Source of the DNA: Antedon mediterranea
Taxonomy: Eukaryota > Animalia > Echinodermata
Assembly (NCBI RefSeq): GCF_964355755.1
Contig: NC_092676.1
Span: 12,820,771 to 12,884,770 of the forward strand
Length of the DNA: 64,000 nucleotides
Direction: 5' to 3'
How positions within the stretch are numbered: position 1 is the stretch's first letter; the number at the start of each line of letters is the position of its first letter. Below are positions 24,401 to 39,614 of this stretch, in pieces. The notes below the pieces were generated by a model. The model was given only the letters and a program-made list of their open reading frames with translations, was not told where the DNA came from and made no database searches. The position numbers were made by a program, and so were the translations under genes.

Positions 24401-27400
24401 ACACAAAAACATAAAAGTGCACAAAATAGCTTCAAATCGCATTTAGAGATGTTTTAGACCATTTTGTGCGTTTCGATAAAACTTTTCACACAAAAACATC
24501 AAATTGCACAAAATAGCTTAATATCGTGTTTGAAAACGTTTTAGACCATTTTGAGCATGTCGATAAAACTTTTCACACAAAAACATAAAAGTGCACAGAA
24601 TAGCTTCCAATCGCATTTGGAGACGTTTTAGACCATTTTGTGCATTTCGAAAAAACTTTTTAACATAAAAACACCAAAGTGCTTAGAATAGCTTCAAATC
24701 GCATTTGGAGACGTTTTAGACCATTTTGTGCATTTCGATGAAACTTGGTTACACAAAAACATCAAAGTGCTTAAAATCACATTTGAAACCGTTATAGAGC
24801 ATTTTTAGCATTTCGATAAAACTTTTCACACAAAAACATCAAAGTGTACAAAATAGCTTCAAATCACATTTGAAACCGTTTTAGACCATTTTGAGCATTT
24901 CGATAAAACTTTTCACACAAAAACATCAAAGTGTACAGAATAGCTTCAAATCGCATTTGGAGACGTTTTAGACCATTTTGTGCATTTCGATGAAACTTGG
25001 TTACACAAAAACATCAAAGTGGTTAAAATCACATTTGAAACCGTTTTAGAGCATTTTTAACATTTCGATAATACTTTTCACACAAAAACATCAAAGTGTA
25101 CAAAATAGCTTCAAATCACATTTGAAACCGTTTTAGACCATATTGAGCATTTCGATAAAACTTTTCACACAAAAACATCAAAGTGTACAAAATAGCTTCA
25201 AATCGCATTTGGAGACGTTTTAGACCATTTTGTGCATTTCGATGAAACTTGGTTACACAAAAACATCAAAGTGCTTAAAATCACATTTGAAAGCGTTTTA
25301 GAGCATTTTTAGCATTTCGATAATACTTTTAACACAAAAACATCAAAGTGCACAAAATAGCTTCAAATCGCATTTAGAGATGTTTTAGACCATTTTGTGC
25401 ATTTCGATAAAACTTTTCACACAAAAACATCAAATTGCACAAAATAGCTTAATACCGTGTTTGAAATCATTTTAAACCATTTTGAGCATGTCGATAAAAC
25501 TTTTCACACAAAAACATCAAAGTGTTTAGAATATCTCCAAATCGCATTTGGAGACGTTTTAGACCATTTTGTGCATTTCGATGAAACTTGGTTACACAAA
25601 AACATCAAAGTGCTTAAAATCACATTTGAAACCGTTTTAGAGCATTTTGAGCATTTCGATAAAACTTTTCAAACAAAAACATCAAAGTGTACAAAATAGC
25701 TTCAAATCACATTTGAAACCGTTTTAGACCATTTTGAGCATTTCGATAAAACTTTTCACACAAAAACATCAAAGTGTACAAAATAGCTTCAAATCGCATT
25801 TGGAGACGTTTTAGACCATTTTGTGCATTTCGATGAAACTTGGTTACACAAAAACATCAAAGTGCTTAAAATCACATTTGAAACCGTTTTAGAGCATTTT
25901 TAGCATTTCGATAATACTTTTCACACAAAACATCAAAGTGTACAAAATAGCTTCAAATCGCATTTGGAGACGTTTTAGACCATTTTGTGCATTTCGATGA
26001 AACTTGGTTACACAAAAACATCAAAGTGCTTAAAATCACATTTGAAACCGTTTTAGACCATTTTGAGCATTTCGATAAAACTTTTCACACAAAAAAATCA
26101 AAGTGCACAAAATAGCTTCAAATCGCATTTGGGGACGTTTTAGACTATTTTGTGCATTTCGAAAAAAATTGTTAACATAAAAAGACCAAAGTGTTTAGAA
26201 TATCTCCAAATCGCATTTGGAGACGTTTTAAACCATTTTGTGCATTTCGATGGAACTTGGTTACACAAAAACATCAAAGTGCTTAAAATCACATTTAAAA
26301 CCGTTTTAGAGCATTTTTAGCATTTCGATAAAACTTTTCACACAAAAACATCAAAGTGTACAAAATAGCTTCAAATCGCATTTAGAGAGGTTTTAGACAA
26401 TTTTGTGCATTTCGATAAAACTTTTCACACAAAAACATCAAAGTGTACAAAATAGCTTCAAATTGCATTTAGAGACGTTTTAGACCATTTTGTGCATTTC
26501 GATAAAACTTTTCACACAAAAACATCAAATTGCACAAAATCGTTTTAAACCATTTTAAATCGTTTTAAACCATTTTGAGCATGTCGATAAAACTTTTCAC
26601 AAAAAACATCAAAGTGCACAGAATAGCTTCAAATTGCATTTGGAGACGTTTTAGAGCATTTTGTGCATTTCGATAAAATGTGTTAACATAAAAAGACCAA
26701 AGTGTTTAGAATATCTTCAAATCACATTTGGAGACGTTTTAGACCATTTTTTGCATTTCGATGAAACTTGGTTACACAAAAACATCAAAGTGCTTAAAAT
26801 CACATTTGAAACCGTTTTAGAGCATTTTGAGCATTTCGATAAAACTTTTCACACAAAAACATCAAAGTGTACAAAATAGCTTCAAATCGCATTTAGAGAC
26901 GTTTTAGACCATTTTTTGCATTTCGATGAAACTTGGTTACACAAAAACATAAAAGTGCTTAAAATCACATTTAAAACCGTTTTAGAGCATTTTTAGCATT
27001 TCGATAAAACTTTTCACACAAAAACATCAAAGTGTACAAAATAGCTTCAAATCGCATTTAGAGAGGTTTTAGACAATTTTGTGCATTTCGATAAAAATTT
27101 TCACAAAAAAACATCAAAGTGCACAGAATAGCTTCAAATCGCATTTGGAGACGTTTTAAACCATTTTGTGCATTTTGATAAAACTTTTCACATAAAAACA
27201 ACAAAGTGTACAAAATAGCTTCAAATCGCATTTGGAGACGTTTTAGACCATTTTGTGCATTTCGATGAAACTTGGTTACACAAAAACATCAAAGTGCTTA
27301 AAATCACATTTGAAACCGTTTTAGAGCATTTTGAGCATTTCGATAAAACTTTTCACACAAAAACATCAAAGTGTACAAAATAGCTTCAAATCACATTTGA

Positions 27401-28329
27401 AACCGTTTTAGACCATATTGAGCATTTCGATAAAACTTTTCACACAAAAACATCAAAGTGTACAAAATAGCTTCAAATCGCATTTGGAGACGTTTTAGAC
27501 CATTTTGTGTATTTCGATGAAACTTGGTTACACAAAAACATCAAAGTGCTTAAAATCACATTTGAAAGCGTTTTAGAGCATTTTTAGCATTTCGATAATA
27601 CTTTTCACACAAAAACATCAAAGTGTACAAAATAGCTTCAAATCGCATTTGGAGACGTTTTAGACCATTTTGTGCATTTCGATGAAACTTGGTTACACAA
27701 AAACATCAAAGTGCTTAAAATCACATTTAAAACAGTTTTAGAGCATTTTGAGCATTTCGATAAAACTTTTCACACAAAAACATCAAAGTGTACAAAATAG
27801 CTTCAAATCGCATTTAGAGACGTTTTAGACCATTTTGTGCATTTCGAAAAAATTTGTTAACATAAAAAGACCAAAGTGTTTAGAATATCTCCAAATCGCA
27901 TTTGGAGACGTTTTAGACCATTTTGTGCATTTCAATGAAACTTGGTTACACAAAAACATCAAAGTGCTTAAAATCACATTTGAAACCGTTTTAGAGCATT
28001 TTTAGCATTTCGATAATACTTTTCACACAAAAACATCAAAGTGTACAAAATAGCTTCAAATCGCATTTAGAGAGGTTTTAGACCATTTTGTGCATTTCGA
28101 TAAAACTTTTCACACAAAAACATCAAAGTGTACAAAATAGCTTCAAATCGCATTTAGAGACGTTTTAGACCATTTTGTGCATTTCGATAAAACTTTTCAC
28201 ACAAAAACATCAAATTGCACAAAATAGCTTAATACCGTGTTTGAAATCGTTTTAAACCATTTTGAGCATGTCGATAAAACTTTTCACAAAAAAACATCAA
28301 AGTGCACAGAATAGCTTCAAATCGCATTT

Positions 28330-31300
28330 GGAGACGTTTTAAACCATTTTGAGCATTTCGATAAAACTTTTCACACAAAAACATCAAAGTGTACAAAATA
28401 GCTTCAAATCGCATTTAGAGAGGTTTTAGACCATTTTGTGCATTTCGATAAAACTTTTCACACAAAAACATCAAAATGCACAAAATAGCTTAATATCGTG
28501 TTTGAAAACGTTTTAAACCATTTTGAGCATGTCGATAAAACTTTTCACACAAAAATATCAAAGCGCACAGAATATCTTCAAATCGCATTTAGAGACGTTT
28601 TAGACCATTTTGTGCATTTCGAAAAAATTTGTTAACATAAAAAGACCAAAGTGTTTAGAATATCTCCAAATCGCATTTGGAGACGTTTTAGACCATTTTG
28701 TGCATTTCGATGAAACTTGATTACACAAAAACATCAAAGTGCTTAAAATCACATTTAAAACCGTTTTAGAGCGTTTTGAGCATTTCGATAAACTTTTCAC
28801 ACAAAAACATCAAAGTGCACAAAATAGCTTCAAATCGCATTTAGAGATGTTTTAGACCATTTTGTGCATTTCGATAAAACTTTTCACACAAAAACATCAA
28901 ATTGCACAAAAAAGCTTAATACCGTGTTTGAAATCGTTTTAAACCAATTTGAGCATGTCGAAAAAACTTTTCACACAAAAACATCAAAGTGCACAGAATA
29001 TCTTCAAATCGCATTTAGAGACGTTTTAGACCATTTTGTGCATTTCGAAAAAATTTGTTAACATAAAAAGACCAAAGTGTTTAGAATATCTCCAAATCGC
29101 ATTTGGAGACGTTTTAGACCATTTTGTGCATTTCGATGAAACTTGGTTACACAAAAACATCAAAGTGCTTAAAATCACATTTGAAACCGTTTTAGAGCAT
29201 TTTGAGCATTTCGATAAAACTTTTCACACAAAAACATCAAAGTGTACAAAATAGCTTCAAATCGCATTTGGAGACGTTTTAGACCATTTTGTGCATTTCG
29301 ATGAAACTTGGTTACACAAAAACATCAAAGTGCTTAAAATCACATTTGAAATCGTTTTAGACCATTTTGAGCATTTCGATAAAACTTTTCACACAAAAAA
29401 ATCAAAGTGCACAAAATAGCTTCAAATCGCATTTGGAGACGTTTTAGACTATTTTGTGCATTTCGAAAAAATTTGTTAACATAAAAAGACCAAAGTGTTT
29501 AGAATATCTCCAAATCGCATTTGGAGACGTTTTAAATCATTTTGTGCATTTCGATGGAACTTGGTTACACAAAAACATCAAAGTGCTTAAAATCACATTT
29601 AAAACCGTTTTAGAGCATTTTGAGCATTTCGATAAAACTTTTCACACAAAAACATCAAATTGCACAAAATAGCTTAATATCGTGTTTGAAAACGTTTTAA
29701 ACCATTTTGAGCATGTCGATAAAACTTTTCACATAAAAATATCAAAGTGCACAGAATAGCTTCAAATCGCATTTGGAGACGTTTTAGACCATTTTGAGCA
29801 TTTCGATAAAACTTTTCACACAAAAACATCAAAGTGTACAAAATAGCTTCAAATCGCATTTAGAGAGGTTTTAGACCATTTTGTGCATTTCGATAAAACT
29901 TTTCACACAAAAACATCAAATTGCACAAAATAGCTTAATATCGTGTTTGAAAACGTTTTAAACCATTTTGAGCATGTCGATAAAACTTTTCACACAAAAA
30001 TATCAAAGCGCACAGAATATCTTCAAATCGCATTTAGAGACGTTTTAGACCATTTTGTGCATTTCGAAAAAATTTGTTAACATAAAAAGACCAAAGTGTT
30101 TAGAATATCTCCAAATCGCATTTGGAGACGTTTTAGACCATTTTGTGCATTTCGATGAAACTTGATTACACAAAAACATCAAAGTGCTTAAAATCACATT
30201 TAAAACCGTTTTAGAGCGTTTTGAGCATTTCGATAAACTTTTCACACAAAAACATCAAAGTGCACAAAATAGCTTCAAATCGCATTTAGAGATGTTTTAG
30301 ACCATTTTGTGCATTTCGATAAAACTTTTCACACAAAAACATCAAATTGCACAAAAAAGCTTAATACCGTGTTTGAAATCGTTTTAAACCAATTTGAGCA
30401 TGTCGAAAAAACTTTTCACACAAAAACATCAAAGTGCACAGAATATCTTCAAATCGCATTTAGAGACGTTTTAGACCATTTTGTGCATTTCGAAAAAATT
30501 TGTTAACATAAAAAGACCAAAGTGTTTAGAATATCTCCAAATCGCATTTGGAGACGTTTTAGACCATTTTGTGCATTTCGATGAAACTTGGTTACACAAA
30601 AACATCAAAGTGCTTAAAATCACATTTGAAACCGTTTTAGAGCATTTTGAGCATTTCGATAAAACTTTTCACACAAAAACATCAAAGTGTACAAAATAGC
30701 TTCAAATCACATTTGAAACCGTTTTAGACCATTTTGAGCATTTCGATAAAACTTTTCACACAAAAACATCAAAGTGTACAAAATTGCTTCAAATCGCATT
30801 TGGAGACGTTTTAGACCATTTTGTGCATTTCGATGAAACTTGGTTACACAAAAACATCAAAGTGCTTAAAATCACATTTGAAACCGTTTTAGAGCATTTT
30901 TAGCATTTCGATAATACTTTTCACACAAAAACATCAAAGTGTACAAAATAGCTTCAAATCGCATTTGGAGACGTTTTAGACCATTTTGTGCATTTCGATG
31001 AAACTTGGTTACACAAAAACATCAAAGTGCTTAAAATCACATTTGAAATCGTTTTAGACCATTTTGAGCATTTCGATAAAACTTTTCACACAAAAAAATC
31101 AAAGTGCACAAAATAGCTTCAAATCGCATTTGGAGACGTTTTAGACTATTTTGTGCATTTCGAAAAAATTTGTTAACATAAAAAGACCAAAGTGTTTAGA
31201 ATATCTCCAAATCGCATTTGGAGACGTTTTAAATCATTTTGTGCATTTCGATGGAACTTGGTTACACAAAAACATCAAAGTGCTTAAAATCACATTTAAA

Positions 31301-31450
31301 ACCGTTTTAGAGCATTTTGAGCATTTCGATAAAACTTTTCACACAAAAACATCAAATTGCACAAAATAGCTTAATATCGTGTTTGAAAACGTTTTAAACC
31401 ATTTTGAGCATGTCGATAAAACTTTTCACATAAAAATATCAAAGTGCACA
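28330..31450 (+). repeat. Tandem duplication, 1445-bp period (second copy carries an extra 252 bp)
   Basis: 28600->30045, 28864->30309 and 29036->30481 = 1445; 29454->31151 = 1697 = 1445+252; shared rare variants aacttgattac and aaaccaattt. Confidence 0.82.
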
Positions 31451-34400
31451 GAATAGCTTCAAATCGCATTTGGAGACGTTTTAGACCATTTTGTGCATTT
31501 TGGTAAAACTTTTCACACAAAAACATCAAATTGCACAAAATAGCTAAATATCGTGTTTGAAAACGTTTTAAACCATTTTGAGCATGTCGATAAAACTTTT
31601 CACTCAAAAATATCAAAGTGCACAGAATATCTTCAAATCGCATTTAGAGACGTTTTAGACCATTTTGTGCATTTTGAAAAAATTTGTTAACATAAAAAGA
31701 CCAAAGTGTTTAGAATATCTCCAAATCGCATTTGGAGACGTTTTAGACCATTTTGTGTTTTTCGAAAAAACTTTTCACACAAAAACATCAAAGTGTACAA
31801 AATTGCTTCAAATCGCATTTGGAGACGTTTTAGACCATTTTGTGCATTTTGGTAAAACTTTTCACACAAAAACATCAAAATTCACAAAATAGCTTAATAT
31901 CGTGTTTGAAAACGTTTTAAACCATTTTGAGCATGTCGATAAAACTTTTCACTCAAAAATATCAAAGTGCACAGAATATCTTCAAATCGCATTTAGAGAC
32001 GTTTTAGACCATTTTGTGCATTTCGAAAAAAATTGTTAACATAAAAAGACCAAAGTGTTTAGAATATCTCCAAATCGCATTTGGAGACGTTTTAGACCAT
32101 TTTGCGCATTTCGATGAAACTTGGTTACACAAAAACATCAAAGTGCTTAAAATCACATTTAAAACCGTTTTAGAGCGTTTTGAGCATTTCGATAAACTTT
32201 TCAAACAAAAACATCAAAGTGTACAAAATAGCTTCAAATCGTATTTGGAGACGTTTTAGACCATTTTGTGCGTTTCGATGAATCTTGGTTACACAAAAAC
32301 ATCAAAGTGCTTAAAATCACATTTAAAACCGTTTTAGTGCATTTTGAGCATTTCGATAAAACTTTTCACACAAAAACATCAAAGTGCACAAAATAGCTTC
32401 AAATCGCATTTAGAGATGTTTTAGACCATTTTGTGCGTTTCGATAAAACTTTTCACACAAAAACATCAAATTGCACAAAATAGCTTAATATCGTGTTTGA
32501 AAACGTTTTAGACCATTTTGAGCATGTCGATAAAACTTTTCACACAAAAACATAAAAGTGCACAAAATAGCTTCAAATCGCATTTAGAGATGTTTTAGAC
32601 CATTTTGTGCGTTTCGATAAAACTTTTCACACAAAAACATCAAATTGCACAAAATAGCTTAATATCGTGTTTGAAAACGTTTTAGACCATTTTGAGCATG
32701 TCGATAAAACTTTTCACACAAAAACATAAAAGTGCACAGAATAGCTTCAAATCGCATTTGGAGACGTTTTAGACCATTTTGTGCATTTCGAAAAAACTTT
32801 TTAACATAAAAACACCAAAGTGCTTAGAATAGCTTCAAATCGCATTTGGAGACGTTTTAGACCATTTTGTGCATTTCGATGAAACTTGGTTACACAAAAA
32901 CATCAAAGTGCTTAAAATCACATTTGAAACCGTTATAGAGCATTTTTAGCATTTCGATAAAACTTTTCACACAAAAACATCAAAGTGTACAAAATAGCTT
33001 CAAATCACATTTGAAACCGTTTTAGACCATTTTGAGCATTTCGATAAAACTTTTCACACAAAAACATCAAAGTGTACAGAATAGCTTCAAATCGCATTTG
33101 GAGACGTTTTAGACCATTTTGTGCATTTCGATGAAACTTGGTTACACAAAAACATCAAAGTGCTTAAAATCACATTTGAAACCGTTTTAGAGCATTTTTA
33201 ACATTTCGATAATACTTTTCACACAAAAACATCAAAGTGTACAAAATAGCTTCAAATCACATTTGAAACCGTTTTAGACCATATTGAGCATTTCGATAAA
33301 ACTTTTCACACAAAAACATCAAAGTGTACAAAATAGCTTCAAATCGCATTTGGAGACGTTTTAGACCATTTTGTGCATTTCGATGAAACTTGGTTACACA
33401 AAAACATCAAAGTGCTTAAAATCACATTTGAAAGCGTTTTAGAGCATTTTTAGCATTTCGATAATACTTTTCACACAAAAACATCAAAGTGCACAAAATA
33501 GCTTCAAATCGCATTTAGAGATGTTTTAGACCATTTTGTGCATTTCGATAAAACTTTTCACACAAAAACATCAAATTGCACAAAATAGCTTAATACCGTG
33601 TTTGAAATCATTTTAAACCATTTTGAGCATGTCGATAAAACTTTTCACACAAAAACATCAAAGTTTTTAGAATATCTCCAAATCGCATTTGGAGACGTTT
33701 TAGACCATTTTGTGCATTTCGATGAAACTTGGTTACACAAAAACATCAAAGTGCTTAAAATCACATTTGAAACCGTTTTAGAGCATTTTGAGCATTTCGA
33801 TAAAACTTTTCAAACAAAAACATCAAAGTGTACAAAATAGCTTCAAATCACATTTGAAACCGTTTTAGACCATTTTGAGCATTTCGATAAAACTTTTCAC
33901 ACAAAAACATCAAAGTGTACAAAATAGCTTCAAATCGCATTTGGAGACGTTTTAGACCATTTTGTGCATTTCGATGAAACTTGGTTACACAAAAACATCA
34001 AAGTGCTTAAAATCACATTTGAAACCGTTTTAGACCATTTTTAGCATTTCGATAATACTTTTCACACAAAACATCAAAGTGTACAAAATAGCTTCAAATC
34101 GCATTTGGAGACGTTTTAGACCATTTTGTGCATTTCGATGAAACTTGGTTACACAAAAACATCAAAGTGCTTAAAATCACATTTGAAACCGTTTTAGACC
34201 ATTTTGAGCATTTCGATAAAACTTTTCACACAAAAAAATCAAAGTGCACAAAATAGCTTCAAATCGCATTTGGGGACGTTTTAGACTATTTTGTGCATTT
34301 CGAAAAAAATTGTTAACATAAAAAGACCAAAGTGTTTAGAATATCTCCAAATCGCATTTGGAGACGTTTTAAACCATTTTGTGCATTTCGATGGAACTTG

Positions 34401-37400
34401 GTTACACAAAAACATCAAAGTGCTTAAAATCACATTTAAAACCGTTTTAGAGCATTTTTAGCATTTCGATAAAACTTTTCACACAAAAACATCAAAGTGT
34501 ACAAAATAGCTTCAAATCGCATTTAGAGAGGTTTTAGACAATTTTGTGCATTTCGATAAAACTTTTCACACAAAAACATCAAAGTGTACAAAATAGCTTC
34601 AAATTGCATTTAGAGACGTTTTAGACCATTTTGTGAATTTCGATAAAACTTTTCACACAAAAACATCAAATTGCACAAAATCGTTTTAAACCATTTTAAA
34701 TCGTTTTAAACCATTTTGAGCATGTCGATAAAACTTTTCACAAAAAACATCAAAGTGCACAGAATAGCTTCAAATTGCATTTGGAGACGTTGTTTTAGAC
34801 CATTTTGTGCATTTCGATAAAACTTTTCACACAAAAAAATCAAATTGCACAAAAAAGCTTAATACCGTGTTTGAAATCGTTTTAAACCAATTTGAGCATG
34901 TCGAAAAAACTTTTCACACAAAAACATCAAAGTGCACAGAATATCTTCAAATCGCATTTAGAGACGTTTTAGACCATTTTGTGCATTTCGAAAAAATTTG
35001 TTAACATAAAAAGACCAAAGTGTTTAGAATATCTCCAAATCGCATTTGGAGACGTTTTAGACCATTTTGTGCATTTCGATGAAACTTGGTTACACAAAAA
35101 CATCAAAGTGCTTAAAATCACATTTGAAACCGTTTTAGAGCATTTTGAGCATTTCGATAAAACTTTTCACACAAAAACATCAAAGTGTACAAAATAGCTT
35201 CAAATCACATTTGAAACCGTTTTAGACCATTTTGAGCATTTCGATAAAACTTTTCACACAAAAACATCAAAGTGTACAAAATAGCTTCAAATCGCATTTG
35301 GAGACGTTTTAGACCATTTTGTGCATTTCGATGAAACTTGGTTACACAAAAACATCAAAGTGCTTAAAATCACATTTGAAACCGTTTTAGAGCATTTTTA
35401 GCATTTCGATAATACTTTTCACACAAAAACATCAAAGTGTACAAAATAGCTTCAAATCGCATTTGGAGACGTTTTAGACCATTTTGTGCATTTCGATGAA
35501 ACTTGGTTACACAAAAACATCAAAGTGCTTAAAATCACATTTGAAATCGTTTTAGACCATTTTGAGCATTTCGATAAAACTTTTCACACAAAAAAATCAA
35601 AGTGCACAAAATAGCTTCAAATCGCATTTGGAGACGTTTTAGACTATTTTGTGCATTTCGAAAAAATTTGTTAACATAAAAAGACCAAAGTGTTTAGAAT
35701 ATCTCCAAATCGCATTTGGAGACGTTTTAAATCATTTTGTGCATTTCGATGGAACTTGGTTACACAAAAACATCAAAGTGCTTAAAATCACATTTAAAAC
35801 CGTTTTAGAGCATTTTGAGCATTTCGATAAAACTTTTCACACAAAAACATCAAAGTGTACAAAATAGCTTCAAATCGCATTTAGAGAGGTTTTAGACCAT
35901 TTTGTGCATTTCGATAAAACTTTACACACAAAAACATCAAAGTGTACAAAAAAGCTTCAAATCGCATTTAGAGACGTTTTAGACCATTTTGTGCATTTCG
36001 ATAAAACTTTTCACACAAAAACATAAAATTGCACAAAATAGCTTAATATCGTGTTTGAAAACGTTTTAAACCATTTTGAGCATGTCGATAAAACTTTTCA
36101 CACAAAAATATCAAAGTGCACAGAATATCTTCAAATCGCATTTAGAGACGTTTTAGACCATTTTGTGCATTTCGAAAAAATTTGTTAACATAAAAAGACC
36201 AAAGTGTTTAGAATATCTCCAAATCGCATTTGGAGACGTTTTAGACCATTTTGTGCATTTCGATGAAACTTGGTTACATAAAAACATCAAAGTGCTTAAA
36301 ATCACATTTAAAACCGTTTTAGAGCGTTTTGAGCATTTCGATAAACTTTTCACACAAAAACATCAAAGTGCACAAAATAGCTTCAAATCGCATTTAGAGA
36401 TGTTTTAGACCATTTTGTGCATTTCGAAAAAACTTTTCACACAAAAACATCAAATTGCACACAATAGCTTAATACCGTGTTTGAAATCGTTTTAAACCAT
36501 TTTGAGCATGTCGATAAAACTTTTCACACAAAAACATCAAAGTGCACAGAATATCTTCAAATCGCATATAGAGACGTTTTAGACCATTTTGTGCATTTCG
36601 AAAAAATTTGTTAACATTAAAAGACCAATGTGTTTAGAATATCTCCAAATCGCATTTGGAGACGTTTTAGACCATTTTGTGCATTTCGATGAAACTTGGT
36701 TACACAAAAACATCAAAGTGCTTAAAATCACATTTGAAACCGTTTTAGAGCATTTTGAGCATTTCGATAAAACTTTTCACACAAAAACATCAAAGTGTAC
36801 AAAATAGCTTCAAATCACATTTGAAACCGTTTTAGACCATTTTGAGCATTTCGATAAAACTTTTCACACAAAAACATCAAAGTGTACAAAATGGCTTCAA
36901 ATCGCATTTGGAGACGTTTTAGAGCATTTTGAGCATTTCGATCAAACTTTTCACACAAAAACATCAAAGTGTACAAAATAACTTCAAATCGCATTTAGAG
37001 ACCTTTTAGACCATTTTGTGCATTTTGGTAAAACTTTTCACACAAAAACATCAAATTGCACAAAATAGCTTAATATCGTGTTTGAAAACGTTTTAAACCA
37101 TTTTGAGCATGTCGATAAAACTTTTCACATAAAAATATCAAAGTGCACAGAATAGCTTCAAATCGCATTTGGAGACGTTTTAGACCATTTTGTGCATTTT
37201 GGTAAAACTTTTCACACAAAAACATCAAATTGCACAAAATAGCTTAATATCGTGTTTGAAAACGTTTTAAACCATTTTGAGCATGTCGATAAAACTTTTC
37301 ACTCAAAAATATCAAAGTGCACAGAATATCTTCAAATCGCATTTAGAGACGTTTTAGACCATTTTGTGCATTTTGAAAAAATTTGTTAACATAAAAAGAC

Positions 37401-39614
37401 CAAAGTGTTTAGAATATCTCCAAATCGCATTTGGAGACGTTTTAGACCATTTTGTGTTTTTCGAAAAAACTTTTCACACAAAAACATCAAAGTGTACAAA
37501 ATTGCTTCAAATCGCATTTGGAGACGTTTTAGACCATTTTGTGCATTTTGGTAAAACTTTTCACACAAAAACATCAAAATTCACAAAATAGCTTAATATC
37601 GTGTTTGAAAACGTTTTAAACCATTTTGAGCATGTCGATAAAACTTTTCACTCAAAAATATCAAAGTGCACAGAATATCTTCAAATCGCATTTAGAGACG
37701 TTTTAGACCATTTTGTGCATTTCGAAAAAAATTGTTAACATAAAAAGACCAAAGTGTTTAGAATATCTCCAAATCGCATTTGGAGACGTTTTAGACCATT
37801 TTGCGCATTTCGATGAAACTTGGTTACACAAAAACATCAAAGTGCTTAAAATCACATTTAAAACCGTTTTAGAGCGTTTTGAGCATTTCGATAAACTTTT
37901 CAAACAAAAACATCAAAGTGTACAAAATAGCTTCAAATCGTATTTGGAGACGTTTTAGACCATTTTGTGCGTTTCGATGAATCTTGGTTACACAAAAACA
38001 TCAAAGTGCTTAAAATCACATTTAAAACCGTTTTAGTGCATTTTGAGCATTTCGATAAAACTTTTCACACAAAAACATCGAAGTGCACAAAATAGCTTCA
38101 AATCGCATTTAGAGATGTTTTAGACCATTTTGTGCGTTTCGATAAAACTTTTCACACAAAAACATCAAATTGCACAAAATAGCTTAATATCGTGTTTGAA
38201 AACGTTTTAGACCATTTTGAGCATGTCGATAAAACTTTTCACACAAAAACATAAAAGTGCACAAAATAGCTTCAAATCGCATTTAGAGATGTTTTAGACC
38301 ATTTTGTGCATTTCGATAAAACTTTTCACACAAAAACATCAAATTGCACAAAATAGCTTAATACCGTGTTTGAAATCGTTTTAAACCATTTTGAGCATGT
38401 CGATAAAACTTTTCACAAAAAAACATCAAAGTGCACAGAATAGCTTCAAATCGCATTTGGAGACGTTTTAAACCATTTTGTGCATTTCGATAAAACTTTT
38501 CACATAAAAACATCAAAGTGTCCAAAATAGCTTCAAATCGCATTTAGAGACGTTTTAGACCATTTTGGGCATTTATAAAAGTGCTTAAAATCACATTTCA
38601 AACCGTTTTAGAGCATTTTGAGCATTTCGATAAAACTTTTCACACAAAAACATCAAAGTGCACAAAATAGCTTCAAATCGCATTTAGAGATGTTTTAGAC
38701 CATTTTGTGCAATTCGATGAAACTTTTCACACAAAAACATCAAAGTGCACAAAATAGCTTCAAATCGCATTTAGAGATGTTTTAGACCATTTTGTGCATT
38801 TCGATAAAACTTTTCACACAAAAACATAAAAGTGAACAGAATAGCTTCAAATTGCATTTGGAGACGTTTTAGAGCATTTTGTGCATTTCGATAAAATGTG
38901 TTAACATAAAAAGACCAAAGTGTTTAGAATATCTTCAAATCACATTTGGAGACGTTTTAGACCATTTTTGGCATTTCGATGAAACTTGGTTACACAAAAA
39001 CATCAAAGTGCTTAAAATCACATTTAAAACCGTTTTAGAGCATTTTGAGCATTTCGATAAAACTTTTCACACAAAAACATCAAAGTGTACAAAATAGCTT
39101 CAAATCGCATTTAGAGAGGTTTTAGACCATTTTGTGCATTTCGATAAAACTTTTCACACAAAAACATCAAAGTGTACAAAATAACTTCAAATCGTATTTA
39201 GAGACGTTTTAGACCATTTTGTGCATTTTGATAAAACTTTTCACACAAAAACATCAAATTGCACAAAATAGCTTAATATCGTGTTTGAAAACGTTTTAAA
39301 CCATTTTGAGCATGTCGATAAAACTTTTCACACAAAAATATCAAAGTGCACAGAATATCTTCAAATCGCATTTAGAGACGTTTTAGACCATTTTGTGCAT
39401 TTCGAAAAAATTTGTTAACATAAAAAGACCAAAGTGTTTAGAATATCTCCAAATCGCATTTGGAGACGTTTTAGACCATTTTGTGTTTTTCGAAAAACTT
39501 TTCACACAAAAACATCAAAGTGTAGAAAATTGCTTCAAATCGCATTTAGAGACGTTTTAGACCATTTTGTGCATTTCGAAAAAACTTTTTAAAATAAAAA
39601 CACCAAAGTGCTTA

